A DNA stretch of 63,310 nucleotides, counting the filler, from Octopus bimaculoides (taxonomy: Eukaryota): the NCBI RefSeq assembly GCF_001194135.2. It is 6 parts of 6 records of this genome, joined end to end, with 100 filler letters (N's around TTAATTAATTAA, not from the genome) between each part and the next. Parts side by side here need not be neighbours in the genome. Positions count along the whole stretch, not along the records: positions 20,758 to 40,489 come from NC_068994.1; positions 40,590 to 51,725 come from NC_068987.1; 4 more parts are not named here. The stretch is one strand, 5' to 3'. The notes under the pieces are model-generated. The model was not told the origin of the DNA, made no database searches, and was given only the letters and a program-made list of their open reading frames with translations. This document shows positions 36,916 through 49,572 of this stretch, one piece after another. The translations under genes and the position numbers were made by a program. The first letter of the stretch is position 1. The number at the start of each line of letters is the position of its first letter.

Positions 36916-39304
36916 CTTTCTCTATTCCCGAGCGTTAAACTAATACATCCTTTTGTCGTCTACACCACCTGTCCTTGTCTGTTGTTGTTTTTTTCGTAAA
37001 TTCTCCCATTCTCCCATGTATACGTATACTCGTTCCATATATATATATNNNNNNNNNNNNNNNNNNNNNNNNNNNNNNNNNNNNNNNNNNNNNNNNNNNN
37101 NNNNNNNNNNNNNNNNNNNNNNNNNNNNNNNNNNNNNNNNNNNNNNNNNNNNNNNNNNNNNNNNNNNNNNNNNNNNNNNNNNNNNNNNNNNNNNNNNNNN
37201 NNNNNNNNNNNNNNNNNNNNNNNNNNNNNNNNNNNNNNNNNNNNNNNNNNNNNNNNNNNNNNNNNNNNNNNNNNNNNNNNNNNNNNNNNNNNNNNNNNNN
37301 NNNNNNNNNNNNNNNNNNNNNNNNNNNNNNNNNNNNNNNNNNNNNNNNNNNNNNNNNNNNNNNNNNNNNNNNNNNNNNNNNNNNNNNNNNNNNNNNNNNN
37401 NNNNNNNNNNNNNNNNNNNNNNNNNNNNNNNNNNNNNNNNNNNNNNNNNNNNNNNNNNNNNNNNNNNNNNNNNNNNNNNNNNNNNNNNNNNNNNNNNNNN
37501 NNNNNNNNNNNNNNNNNNNNNNNNNNNNNNNNNNNNNNNNNNNNNNNNNNNNNNNNNNNNNNNNNNNNNNNNNNNNNNNNNNNNNNNNNNNNNNNNNNNN
37601 NNNNNNNNNNNNNNNNNNNNNNNNNNNNNNNNNNNNNNNNNNNNNNNNNNNNNNNNNNNNNNNNNNNNNNNCCAAGACAGGAAAAAATGGACAGTGAAAA
37701 CAACATTCAAAAGCCGTACGGCCAAACGCAAATCTGAGGTAGAACGCTAGTAGTTCGTCTTGCCTTCACAGCGGCTGGAGTGAAAAGAAAGTTGACCACA
37801 GGTCACACGAGAGCAGAGAGGATGGTGGAGGGAGGAAGTGGAACAAGGAGGAAGGGACAGAAGCAGTGAAGTAGAGGCCAGGACAGAGGGGTAGATGGGA
37901 AGATAGAGGAAGACAGATAGATAAATAGATAGAGAGGATGGTGGAGGGAGGAAGTGGAACAAGGAGGAAGGGTAAGTCTACTATATATATATATATATAT
38001 ACAAGGAGTTTTCGTCAACTGACGTAATGTAAGAGGTATGTACTGTGAGTGTTCAGGTTGGTTTACCACTAAAAATCCGGCTTGAACGGCAACTGAAAAA
38101 TGTGGTGCTGAGAATGCTTGTCGAAGGCGGCTAGAAGTGGCGGCTCAAGAAGAAACCACTTTACGTACATACATACGTACGTACGTACATACATACGTAC
38201 ATACGTACGTACGTACGTACGTACGTATGTATGTATGTATGTATGTATGCATGCATGCATGTATGTGTGTATGTATGTAGAGAGAGAGATAAAACTTACT
38301 TGGAAATGGATGCGTGGCGTTCGATCATATAATAATATAAATAATATATAAATATATGCATATATACATACATATATGTACATACCTACATATATATGTG
38401 TATATGCATGCATATATGGGTACAGGACATCAANNNNNNNNNNNNNNNNNNNNNNNNNNNNNNNNNNNNNNNNNNNNNNNNNNNNNNNNNNNNNNNNNNN
38501 NNNNNNNNNNNNNNNNNNNNNNNNNNNNNNNNNNNNNNNNNNNNNNNNNNNNNNNNNNNNNNNNNNNNNNNNNNNNNNNNNNNNNNNNNNNNNNNNNNNN
38601 NNNNNNNNNNNNNNNNNNNNNNNNNNNNNNNNNNNNNNNNNNNNNNNNNNNNNNNNNNNNNNNNNNNNNNNNNNNNNNNNNNNNNNNNNNNNNNNNNNNN
38701 NNNNNNNNNNNNNNNNNNNNNNNNNNNNNNNNNNNNNNNNNNNNNNNNNNNNNNNNNNNNNNNNNNNNNNNNNNNNNNNNNNNNNNNNNNNNNNNNNNNN
38801 NNNNNNNNNNNNNNNNNNNNNNNNNNNNNNNNNNNNNNNNNNNNNNNNNNNNNNNNNNNNNNNNNNNNNNNNNNNNNNNNNNNNNNNNNNNNNNNNNNNN
38901 NNNNNNNNNNNNNNNNNNNNNNNNNNNNNNNNNNNNNNNNNNNNNNNNNNNNNNNNNNNNNNNNNNNNNNNNNNNNNNNNNNNNNNNNNNNNNNNNNNNN
39001 NNNNNNNNNNNNNNNNNNNNNNNNNNNNNNNNNNNNNNNNNNNNNNNNNNNNNNNNNNNNNNNNNNNNNNNNNNNNNNNNNNNNNNNNNNNNNNNNNNNN
39101 NNNNNNNNNNNNNNNNNNNNNNNNNNNNNNNNNNNNNNNNNNNNNNNNNNNNNNNNNNNNNNNNNNNNNNNNNNNNNNNNNNNNNNNNNNNNNNNNNNNN
39201 NNNNNNNNNNNNNNNNNNNNNNNNNNNNNNNNNNNNNNNNNNNNNNNNNNNNNNNNNNNNNNNNNNNNNNNNNNNNNNNNNNNNNNNNNNNNNNNNNNNN
39301 NNNN

Positions 39305-39349
<45 letters not shown>

Positions 39350-42135
39350 GGATTCACAGAATTCTTTGGCTATCACATAATGCTCTTCTAACGGACCTGG
39401 CTAACAGACCACATAGTAAAACAGTTGGTAAATTCATAAAGCAACTGAAATCCAGGAGATCTGACCAATGAGATTATGTCACGAGGAGTATACAAAGCAG
39501 AAAATGTCAGGAGGTATGAGAAGTGAATATATATATTTAACAACTTGTCATACTTAGGATTACGTCCATTTTGTAGTCTTCATCATGTAATAATAGAGTT
39601 GAAGCACTGGTGTAGCCATGACGTTGTATTGATACGATAAGCTAGCTCTCTTTATCCTCACTGGTTTGTAAATAGGCAAGTGTATTATATTATGCATTGC
39701 ATGCATATTAATGCAGACATGTAAACATAATTAATTATACACTGAAATTATTATTACATGATGAAGGCTGCGAAACGGCTGTAATCCCAAGAACAAGTTG
39801 TTAAATAAATACATTCACTTCTCGTACCTCCTGACTATTTTATGGTTTATATATACATACATAGGTGCTGGAGTGGGTGTGTGTGTGTTTGTCCCCCACC
39901 ATCGCTTGATAACTGATGTTGCTGTATTTACTTCCCAGTAACATAGTGGTTCGGCAAAAAAGAGACCGATAGAATAAGTACAAGGCTTACAAAGTATAAG
40001 TGTCCTGGGGTTGATTTGCTCGACTAAAGGTGGTGCTCCAGCATGGCTGNNNNNNNNNNAAAAAAAAACGTGGACAGAATGAGAAACGAATACATAAAAA
40101 ACAAAAACATAGTAATCGAACTTTTTTTCGAACAACGAAAAAAACAGAGAAACGAGACATGCAACATAAAGAACATTCCCTTCATCAGTTGTCCCCTGTT
40201 TTATCTACTCAGCGTTTTGAAGGTAAGGACAAGACGCGACTTCGTTAAAACAGTCCTTCCTGCAAAGCAAATCAAATAAAATTTAGGATTTTTTGCGGAG
40301 GGTTAAAGTGGTAACAAAAACGGGACAGTGAGAACAAGATAGTAAAAACAAACGGTGAGGGCTGTTGAGCCAAGACGATGTGAAGTTATGAACGCTGGAA
40401 AAACGAGCTTTGAGAAGAGACATAAATATATGCATATATACATACATATATGTACAAACCTACATATATATGTATATATACATGCATATNNNNNNNNNNN
40501 NNNNNNNNNNNNNNNNNNNNNNNNNNNNNNNNNTTAATTAATTAANNNNNNNNNNNNNNNNNNNNNNNNNNNNNNNNNNNNNNNNNNNNTTGGGAGAAAA
40601 TAGGGGGAGGTAGGGGAACGGGCGGAAATCGCGGATTTCCGTAAAAAAGATCAATATATATATATATATATATATATATCCATTTTACCCGAAGTTATGA
40701 CGGAAAAATCGGATGTTGTGATTTTCCGAAAGTCCTCTCCCCACCCCCAGGGTCGTCAGCGCGCATTTTTTTCTTATTCGCTTTCCACATACTTGTTAAC
40801 ACCCGCCTCAAGCTGGTTAATTTTTTTTTTATTCCTGGGTGATGATCTTTATACTGACCCCAAAATCTGTAGTTATGCAACGATGAGTACTGAATATGTT
40901 CCCTTGTAAGTTGAAGATATTAAAAACCTGCAATATTTGGTGCAGAAAGGTTTCTGTCAACAAAGAGAAACTGACAACAAGGCTAACTTACAGTTTTCGG
41001 GCGGAGGCAATACGTGCGCCACCCGTTTTCGGCGTAACAAAAACCCTAACTGTAACACTGGGTGTATGTATTCTTTACTTTCGCAAGTTTTCGAATATAT
41101 TTTCTCACTATCTGAAGATATTAAGCAGACATGTATTTCCAGTAGATGGTGGAGAAAACTCATTGGTAACACAGAATAAACTAAAATGGTACATTTGAAC
41201 GACAGTATCAACTAACCTTGGTGAACACCTGTGGAGAACGATATCAGGCATCTCCTCTGAATGACTGTCAGGTCTTAACACACTCAACTAATCTAGAACA
41301 TCACAGCTTCACTTTCGTATAACCTAGTCCACTTGCTCTCATTTTTTTTTTCTTTTTAACATCTTTAATGTTGTTCACTATAGTAAGGGAATACATGTTT
41401 CGCATTCATTTCAATAAAATGTTTTATTAAACGTCTACTATGTGAATATACTGAGGGAATCCATACGTAAAATGCTGTGTATACAATAAAATTCGTATAC
41501 TGTTTGTGACAACGGTACTTTATGGTTCCATGCAAATTCTTTTATTAAAGCGTCAGGCATGAAAAATTTGATACATTGTTTACAGACAACGGCATTTTAC
41601 ATTAATGTATTCGGCGGGGATGGAAAATGGTATTTCTGGACTATTTTGTTTTTTTACCATTCTCGTGTTGTATACATAGGAAATTACGATTCTGAAAAAT
41701 TAAAATTTTAAAAACAGTTATTTGTTCTCATCTACTGCGTTAGATGGAGCTTGGGACTTCGAAGGACAGCTATTCTAAAACTCCACCGGGTATTCTTAGG
41801 TATATCTACGCAACTTTCATCAGACTCTGGTATTTATTAGGTTCATACAATGTGGTTAACATGCAGTTTCGTCTACTGAAAAATTAGAAGTAAACTGCAC
41901 TGGAAGTAACGACAGTAAAATCTCATAACTTCGTTTACAAAACCTCTCATCAGACTGATTCTACAGGCACCTAGCTGTATAGTATCTTCCACAGATAACA
42001 TTTCTGAAATAGCGACTGAGTTATACTCAAACTGTGAGGTTATGCAGGCCATCAAAGGATCATAGATAATGAAGACAATGTGAAAATATGTTACGTACTT
42101 TTTACATATCTGTATGAGAATACGCAACGAAATAG

Positions 42136-42425
42136 TGTAATGAGAGTGACTTTACGTTAAGATGTGCACACAAAAGTGTGACGTCACGAGATTGTGTAAA
42201 TAAACACAAAGTAATGGCTGCGCCCTGTGTTGTGTCAATTTACATGGTGTCAGCAGTGGGATTGAATAATCGTCCGAATGAGCTTAATCTTGAAGGCAAT
42301 GTAGCCGAGAACTGGAAACGGTAGATACAAAGTTTTGAACTTTACCGTACAGCTAGCAGAATCGCAAGTAAATCAAAATGTGAAGTGTGCTAGTGTAACT
42401 ACATGTGACGGTGGAGGATATGTAA
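42136..42425 (+). mobile_element. Ty3/Gypsy stub: short 5' LTR (about 42136-42244), tRNA-Leu-type PBS (42245-42263) and gag start
   Basis: TG...CA-bounded 109 bp containing AATAAA, immediately followed by TGGTGTCAGCAGTGGGATT (resembles the reverse complement of a tRNA-Leu 3' end), then ELNLEGNVAENWKR*IQSFELY, a typical Gypsy gag N-terminus. Confidence 0.7.
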
Positions 42426-43616
42426 ACGGAACCTTTCCCCCTTAATGTTTTTTTTTTTACGGAATCCCACGTTTTAGGGTATTGATATTGTCATTCTGAA
42501 AAAAAATTTTCAAAAATCACAACTTCAAAATTTCAATTCCCCCCTCCTCATTTCTTCATTTTTCACTTTTTCCGGAAATTTTTTTTGGCGAAATACGTGC
42601 AAAAAATACGGAAATTATGATTCTGAAAAAAAAATTGTTTNNNNNNNNNNNNNNNNNNNNNNNNNNNNNNNNNNNNNNNNNNNNNNNNNNNNNNNNNNNN
42701 NNNNNNNNNNNNNNNNNNNNNNNNNNNNNNNNNNNNNNNNNNNNNNNNNNNNNNNNNNNNNNNNNNNNNNNNNNNNNNNNNNNNNNNNNNNNNNNNNNNN
42801 NNNNNNNNNNNNNNNNNNNNNNNNNNNNNNNNNNNNNNNNNNNNNNNNNNNNNNNNNNNNNNNNNNNNNNNNNNNNNNNNNNNNNNNNNNNNNNNNNNNN
42901 NNNNNNNNNNNNNNNNNNNNNNNNNNNNNNNNNNNNNNNNNNNNNNNNNNNNNNNNNNNNNNNNNNNNNNNNNNNNNNNNNNNNNNNNNNNNNNNNNNNN
43001 NNNNNNNNNNNNNNNNNNNNNNNNNNNNNNNNNNNNNNNNNNNNNNNNNNNNNNNNNNNNNNNNNNNNNNNNNNNNNNNNNNNNNNNNNNNNNNNNNNNN
43101 NNNNNNNNNNNNNNNNNNNNNNNNNNNNNNNNNNNNNNNNNNNNNNNNNNNNNNNNNNNNNNNNNNNNNNNNNNNNNNNNNNNNNNNNNNNNNNNNNNNN
43201 NNNNNNNNNNNNNNNNNNNNNNNNNNNNNNNNNNNNNNNNNNNNNNNNNNNNNNNNNNNNNNNNNNNNNNNNNNNNNNNNNNNNNNNNNNNNNNNNNNNN
43301 NNNNNNNNNNNNNNNNNNNNNNNNNNNNNNNNNNNNNNNNNNNNNNNNNNNNNNNNNNNNNNNNNNNNNNNNNNNNNNNNNNNNNNNNNNNNNNNNNNNN
43401 NNNNNNNNNNNNNNNNNNNNNNNNNNNNNNNNNNNNNNNNNNNNNNNNNNNNNNNNNNNNNNNNNNNNNNNNNNNNNNNNNNNNNNNNNNNNNNNNNNNN
43501 NNNNNNNNNNNNNNNNNNNNNNNNNNNNNNNNNNNNNNNNNNNNNTAGCACATCTCCAGACCTCCCTCCTTGTTTCTTTCTCACTCTCACATTTATTGAT
43601 GTTTTTCAATATTTTG

Positions 43617-44400
43617 GGATCTTTGTGATTTGACGGCCAACACTTGTTTTCTTAACGAAACACTTTCAAACTTGGGACACTGGTAGAATGTGTCATACAA
43701 ACCAACTTTTTCTCTTAGCCTTCTTAACAAAAAATTGTACATCGCAAGTTATTTCATGTTAAAGTTGTCGTATTTTTGTAATTTCAACCAATCACTGACG
43801 TCTATTCAGCTGAATACAGTCAGTGCTCTTTAAATTTCTGCTGGTGTTAAGTGTGTTATTCCCTGTGACATATTTCATCCGGTTTAATCGTAATTTATAC
43901 GCATATATTGTTTATATAATAAATTACGCTGTGATTGTCTGTGTGTGTATATTTTTGCTATAACCTCACTCATAACCCTAACCCCAACCCTAACCCTAAC
44001 TCTAAAACCCGAACCCTAACCCAAAACTAGAGTTTGATTTGAAGAAGATTTGGCTGCTATTTCTAGGAAATGAAGCACTTGGTGGAGGTGCATTAATAAT
44101 TCAAGTATTTTGATGGCTTTTTCCCCTTTGTTTACGAACAGTCTAGTTAATCGGAAATGTCAGAACTAACGGGGATTAATACCATATACACCGTCACAGC
44201 AGTTACTGTATTCAACTGAATAGACGTCAGTGATTAGTTGAAATTATAGAAATAAGACAATTTTTTACGTGAAATAACTTCGAATACAAAATTTTTTACC
44301 TGTTCTATACCACAAAATATACAAGTATACGAAGTTTGAAAGTGTTTTGGTACCAAAAACACTACATAAAAAAATGTTGCCCGTCAAATCATAAAGGTCC
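43617..44400. mobile_element. MITE-like element with long imperfect inverted arms (about 200 bp each)
   Basis: CTTTGTGATTTGACGGCCAAC...CACTGACGTCTATTCAGCTGAATACAGT versus ACTGTATTCAACTGAATAGACGTCAGTG...GTTGCCCGTCAAATCATAAAG. Confidence 0.7.
43973..44025 (+). repeat. Degenerate (TAACCC)n telomere-like tract inside a MITE
   Basis: TAACCCTAACCCCAACCCTAACCCTAACTCTAAAACCCGAACCCTAACCC. Confidence 0.7.
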
Positions 44401-45769
44401 ATATTTTGTCCCCATAAATGCATTTTATGGAATGATGATGCTGAAGTAACACACATGTGGTCCATTGCTGAGATATAAGTAAAATAAAAAATAAATGGTA
44501 ATTTGAATTTTTATCTGCACCCCAACCAATCGAAGCCGTGTGTGTGTGTGTGTGTGTAAGAAAAAACATTTTCTATCAGAAAATTATGCTATCAAAATAA
44601 ATCATCTTTTACATATCTCTTATTAAAATCACTCTGGATAAATCTCGGCAGTAACCTTCTCAGGCTCTCCAATATTTTAGAATTATAATCAAACAATCAG
44701 GGGCAAGGAGTGGGGCTAAAAAATATCATAAATTTTCAAGTTTTTTTTTATTTTTATAGTATATGGAGGGAAATATTCTTTTCTATTCTAAGGCACAAGG
44801 CCCAAAATTTTAGGGAAGAGTGCCAGTCAATTAGATTGACTTCAGTACACAACTGGTACTTAGTTTATCGACCCTGAAAGGATGAAAGGCAAAACATCAA
44901 CACATATTTGAGTGAGAAAGAAACAAGGAGGATGTGCTAGAAACAACAAATTTCCCTTAAATCACACACTTTCCCTCTGAAAAGATAAATCTTTTTCTTT
45001 TTATCTGGAAAGATTTCTCCCATGTTTTTAAGTTTGTAGCACAAAAAAAAAAAAAAATTGAAAAACATCAGTCTGGACTGAGATGGTGGGAGTGAAAAAG
45101 AAAGCATAAATTTTCAAATTTTGTTTTTTTATAAAAGGATGCTTCCCATCATTCCGAAGGCTGTGATGAAAAATTGGAAAAAATCCCCACCAAAACAGAG
45201 AAATTCCAATTTATGTGGGCTGTCTGATCAGAAATTTTCCCCCCACGCCCCCTTGCAAAACTTTTGCCAACAAATTTCTTTGCAATTGTAATCTATGCTG
45301 TTTGAAAGGTATTTGTATAAAAATTCTTTGAAAGATACCAAGCTATGAGGGGAAAAAGTCAGGTTGTGTGAATTTTCTAAAACTCCTCTCCCCCACACCT
45401 CAGGAAAATTTTTTGCCATAAGTCTCTACATACACCCAGTTTACAGGATCTAAGTGGTATTTGTTGAAAATTTTGTTAGAAAGTATCCATTTTCCTGGAA
45501 GTTATGAGGCAACAAAGTCAGTGGGGTACACATCTGTAGTTATACCAAATGGAGTCCATTTTCAAATTTTTTTCCAAAATTGGAATAGATGTAGGAAATT
45601 ACAATTTTACATTCACTTTAACCCCGAAATATATTTATCGTTTTTGTCACTATGAACCTGTTCATTGTGTCACTAGGGTAGTTTAACCAACTGTTTGTTC
45701 TTATTGGCGCTTGCACAGCTGCTATTTTTTCTGATAGATTCTTTTGACTCATTATTAAACCATTTAGCC

Positions 45770-46043
45770 CAGTGCTTCTCAACCATTTTGCGTCATTCCC
45801 TATTTTACCAAGTGTCAGAGTGCCATTCCCCAGGGTCAGGTCATTCCTCTCTTAGTGCATCCATTGGCTTACCTAAAGGGTGAATTTCGGTTACTACTTT
45901 GTCACTATTTACAGTAGAATTTTCAAGCATCGCAAAAATTTATCTCTTTCTCAGACCATTTATGTATGCTTAAAACCACAATTATTGTGGTTATATCTTT
46001 CCCCGCAATCGTCGCCCCCTCCCCACCATCTGTTGAGAAATCC
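45770..46043. mobile_element. Possible hAT (Charlie-like) MITE
   Basis: Starts CAGTGCTTCTCAACC and ends ...CCCCC..GTTGAGAAATCC (degenerate inverted end). Confidence 0.4.
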
Positions 46044-46149
46044 CAATTTTGCCTATCCCTATTTAAAATGCATAAAAGAATTCAAGCAAAAAATTATTGA
46101 TGGTATAATGAAATATACAGATTGAAGAATACTTTAATTACATGTTTTT

Positions 46150-48546
46150 AATGTTAATGGTTAAGATGAATGTTAAAGTCAATGCCACTCTTTTTTTCTG
46201 TGGGTTGCCAAAAGCATCCTGTTGAAAAATGGTGCTAACTGTAGGTTCTTCTTGCTGAAACCACTGAATGATGTGCCACACAGAAAGATGGTCATGACCA
46301 ACAATGTTGAAGAATTTGTTGTTTCATCCCATACAGATGTTGTTGGTCTGTGCATTGTTGTTAATGGTGGCATCATGCACATTCCATAGGTGGAAGATGG
46401 TGCATTCTGAGAGGCACCAGGACATCATTGGACAAGTCAAGTGGCTGCTGATTCAGCTGATAGGAGCCACTTATGTACATATGGTTGAAGTACATATGCA
46501 ACTCCTCTGATTCAGGTGGGTCTTCTGGGATGACAGTTTTAAAGTATGTTGACCTGTCATTGAATTCTTCGAAAGGCAAAAATACCAATGCATCAAACAT
46601 GCCACAAAAGAGCTGAAAATCAGCATTAGCATGATAATGTCTTACCAGGTCCAGCTCTTGCATCCTTCACCAAGTTGACTGTGGGAGGCCACACCTAGGC
46701 CAAAGACTACAAGAACAGCTCAAAGGATACAATCTTTGAAGTTTGTCATGACAGTTATAACAGCAATGGAGTAGTTTAAATGTGCACGCTTGGCAAGTAC
46801 AGCCTGAAATAGCTCTTCATGTATGGCATAATTCTTGTTGGGCAGAAGGGTGTAAACAGACATTACTGCTGTATCACCAAATAGAACATGAATGTCATAG
46901 ATTTATTTAAAAATTATTAGAGCCATTGCAAAGCTGCAATCCATATAAAGAATCTGCACACCTGCCAGGAGTCTGAGGCCATCGATGGTTCCAAAGACCA
47001 AAATGCAGTTGCTTTTGTTTGATCTGTTGTCATAGAGTAAAAATTGCTGAGCATTTGGACCCATACAGTGGGTCCAAAGGAATTAAAAGGAAGTTCACTG
47101 AGATGTTGAAGCACAGTTGGGGTGGGAAGAGATGTGTGCTGGTTGTGAATAGTTTGCATGCAAGTTTTCACAGAGGGTAAAAGTGAGTGTATTTCATTGT
47201 TGCACTGGCTTACACCTTGACCGAAAATTTGAGCTGGTCTGTCTCCTATGCTGGCAGCTCTGCCTTTCATCCAATTCCATGCCTTTGTAAGATAGATTAT
47301 AATCTCATTGAGGGCATTGTTGTGGGGCTGATGCACCATTGGATTGTTGCTCTATAGGTCAGTGGTCATGCTGCCTTGACAGTAACCACTGCTGCGCTTG
47401 ACCACAATACCTTTGTTTTTTGGGTGACTTGCTTGGTGTACATGTACCCATTTTTGATCCACTACCTCTGCTGGTGATAGCAAAGTTCAGAGAGCTCCTA
47501 CCTCTGCTGGTGATAAAGGGCCCCTCCCTCTCGCTCAGAGTAAAAACTGAATGATGCATGTGTACGAACAGCCATACTACATGGCAGTGAAACATGGGCC
47601 GTGACTGCTGAGGACATGTGTAAGCTTGCAAGGAACGAAGCCAGTATGCGCCGCTGGACGTGTAATGTCAGTGTGCATACTCAATAGAGTATAAGTGCCT
47701 TGAGTGAAAAGTTGGACCTAAGAAGCATCAGATGTGGTGTGCAAGAGAGACAACTGCACTGGTATGGTCATTTGGTACGAATGGATGAGGATAGCTGTGT
47801 GAAAAGTGTCACACCCTAATGGTTGAGGGAAACTATGGAAGAGGTAGACCCAGGAAGACCTGGGATGAAGTGGTGAAGCATGACCTTCGAGGCAATGACT
47901 AGTGACTTAGACCTTTGGAAATATGCTGTGCTTGAGAAGACCCGGCAAGCCAAGTGAGACCATAACCTGTGGCCTATGCCAGGGGTGTAACCAGCCCACT
48001 TAGGTGTACCTTTCTTTCATTGGACACTAAACTCTGCTTGCAAAGACCTGTTGACGTAAGTGAAATCGAAATCAAATTTGATGACAGCACCGCTAAGAGC
48101 ACCATCTGAGCATGATCATTGCCAGGGTCACTGACTGGCCCTTGTGCCGGTGGCTCGTAAAAAGCACCATTCGAGCGTGATCGTTATCAGTGTCGCCCTA
48201 CTAGCACTTGTGCTGGTGGTATGTGGAAAGCAACATTCGAGCGAGGGCGTTGCCAGGTCTGCTAGAGGCTCCTGTGCAGGTGACACGTAAAAACACCATT
48301 TGAGTATGGCCATTGCCAGTACTGCCTAGCTGGCCCTCGTGCTGGTGGCACGTAAAAGCACCAACTACACTCTCGGAGTGGTTGGCATTAGGAAGGGCAT
48401 CCAGCAGTAGAAACTCTGCCAGATCAGATTGGAGCCTGGTGCAGCCATCTTGCTCACTAGTCCCCAGTCAAACCGTCCAACCCATGCCAGCATGGAAGGC
48501 GGACGTTAAATGATGATGATGATTTATTGCTTTTGATGAACTCCAT
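46150..48546 (-). mobile_element. FLYWCH-MULE (Mutator-like) transposase pseudogene, interrupted by an RTE insertion
   Basis: ATG at 48546 (MEFIKSNK), resuming after the RTE with GYMYTKQ (FLYWCH), AASIGDRPAQIF, FLLYD..ILVFGT..YMDCSF, VYTLLPNK, FCGMFDALVFLP and HDATINNNAQTNNIC. About 15-bp subterminal-type repeats at 49290-49400 may be its 5' end. Confidence 0.75.
47467..48523 (+). mobile_element. RTE-clade LINE 3' fragment (same family as 49573-51725), inserted in the MULE
   Basis: Shares the C-terminal coding region (GGAAGAGGTAGACCCAGGAAGACCTGGGATGA), the 66-bp 3'UTR repeats and the GGACGTTAAATGATGATGATGAT tail. Confidence 0.85.
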
Positions 48547-49572
48547 TGCAGGTATAACAAGTTGTAATGAGCTGTGTTTTCACTGTATACAAAACCGTTT
48601 AGAGCACAAAATAGAAGTGGTCTCAGCAGGTACACTGCTGTGTGTGGGGTATTCAGATTGAGTCACATTTATAGGGAGGGCTAACATGCATGTGTGTATA
48701 TGTCCAGACAGGCACGAATGATGGTAGAGTCACTCCATGCTGACTTGTGGGCATGTCCACTTGTAGGTAATAAGCATTCAAACAAGCTGGCATTGCAAAT
48801 GCAGATCATCACATCCACCTGGGTTGTAGATTTTTTATTCTCATCCTACATCTGCTTGCATGCTGCCTTGACCTGTGTGTCTGACTTTTTGTTAGCATTC
48901 CTATTTCACTTTGTTTGTTTTTTGTTTTTGCTAATTAAATGATTCCATCTTCTATGGGGGTTGTCTGTTTGTGGGTGATATGCATTCAAAAATGCTGGCA
49001 TGCTAGTGCACATCATCACACCCACCTGGGTCAAAATTAGGCTCTTGGCTCCCAAAGTTTTCCAATGATGTATGCAATCATTCAGGTGGTATTGCATGTT
49101 GATCATAAAGATGCAGAGTTGGGAAAATGGTAGAAACAATTGTTAACCACTCCAAAATATTTTCTGTGACTAATGTCAAATGGCAGTATTTAAAATACAC
49201 ATACCAGCCATACTTAATTGGTTTAATCATATACCATACACTTTTTAACACATGGCATTTTTTCTGTAGCTTATTGACCTGTAGCATTTTTACTGTGACA
49301 TTTTAACTGTGCCACTTTTTCCTATGACATTTTTTCTTGTAGTATTTTTTTCTATGACATTTTTCCTGTGGTATTTTTTCCTGTGGAATTTTTTCTGGTC
49401 ACCATTCTTGTGCCTTGTAGTCATCCACAGCAATGGTGTGAGTGCTTTAAAATGCATGATTGAAGGAATGTGCATGTTCTATTTACTGATTTCCTTTGTT
49501 TCCCTCCATTTTGTTAGTCTTTAATTTTGTAAGCTATATTTTTTATCCCTGAATTATTGCAAATAAGATACA

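Noticed and set aside
40150-40200. CTGATGAAGGG on the minus strand of repeat family F
   Set aside because: No downstream GAAA/stem III in the right order; not a hammerhead as seen.
48650-49200. AYHPQTD motif suggesting a Gypsy integrase remnant on the minus strand
   Set aside because: Only one short motif, lying at the end of one copy of a ~65-bp direct repeat (48765-48830 / 48972-49037); insufficient support.
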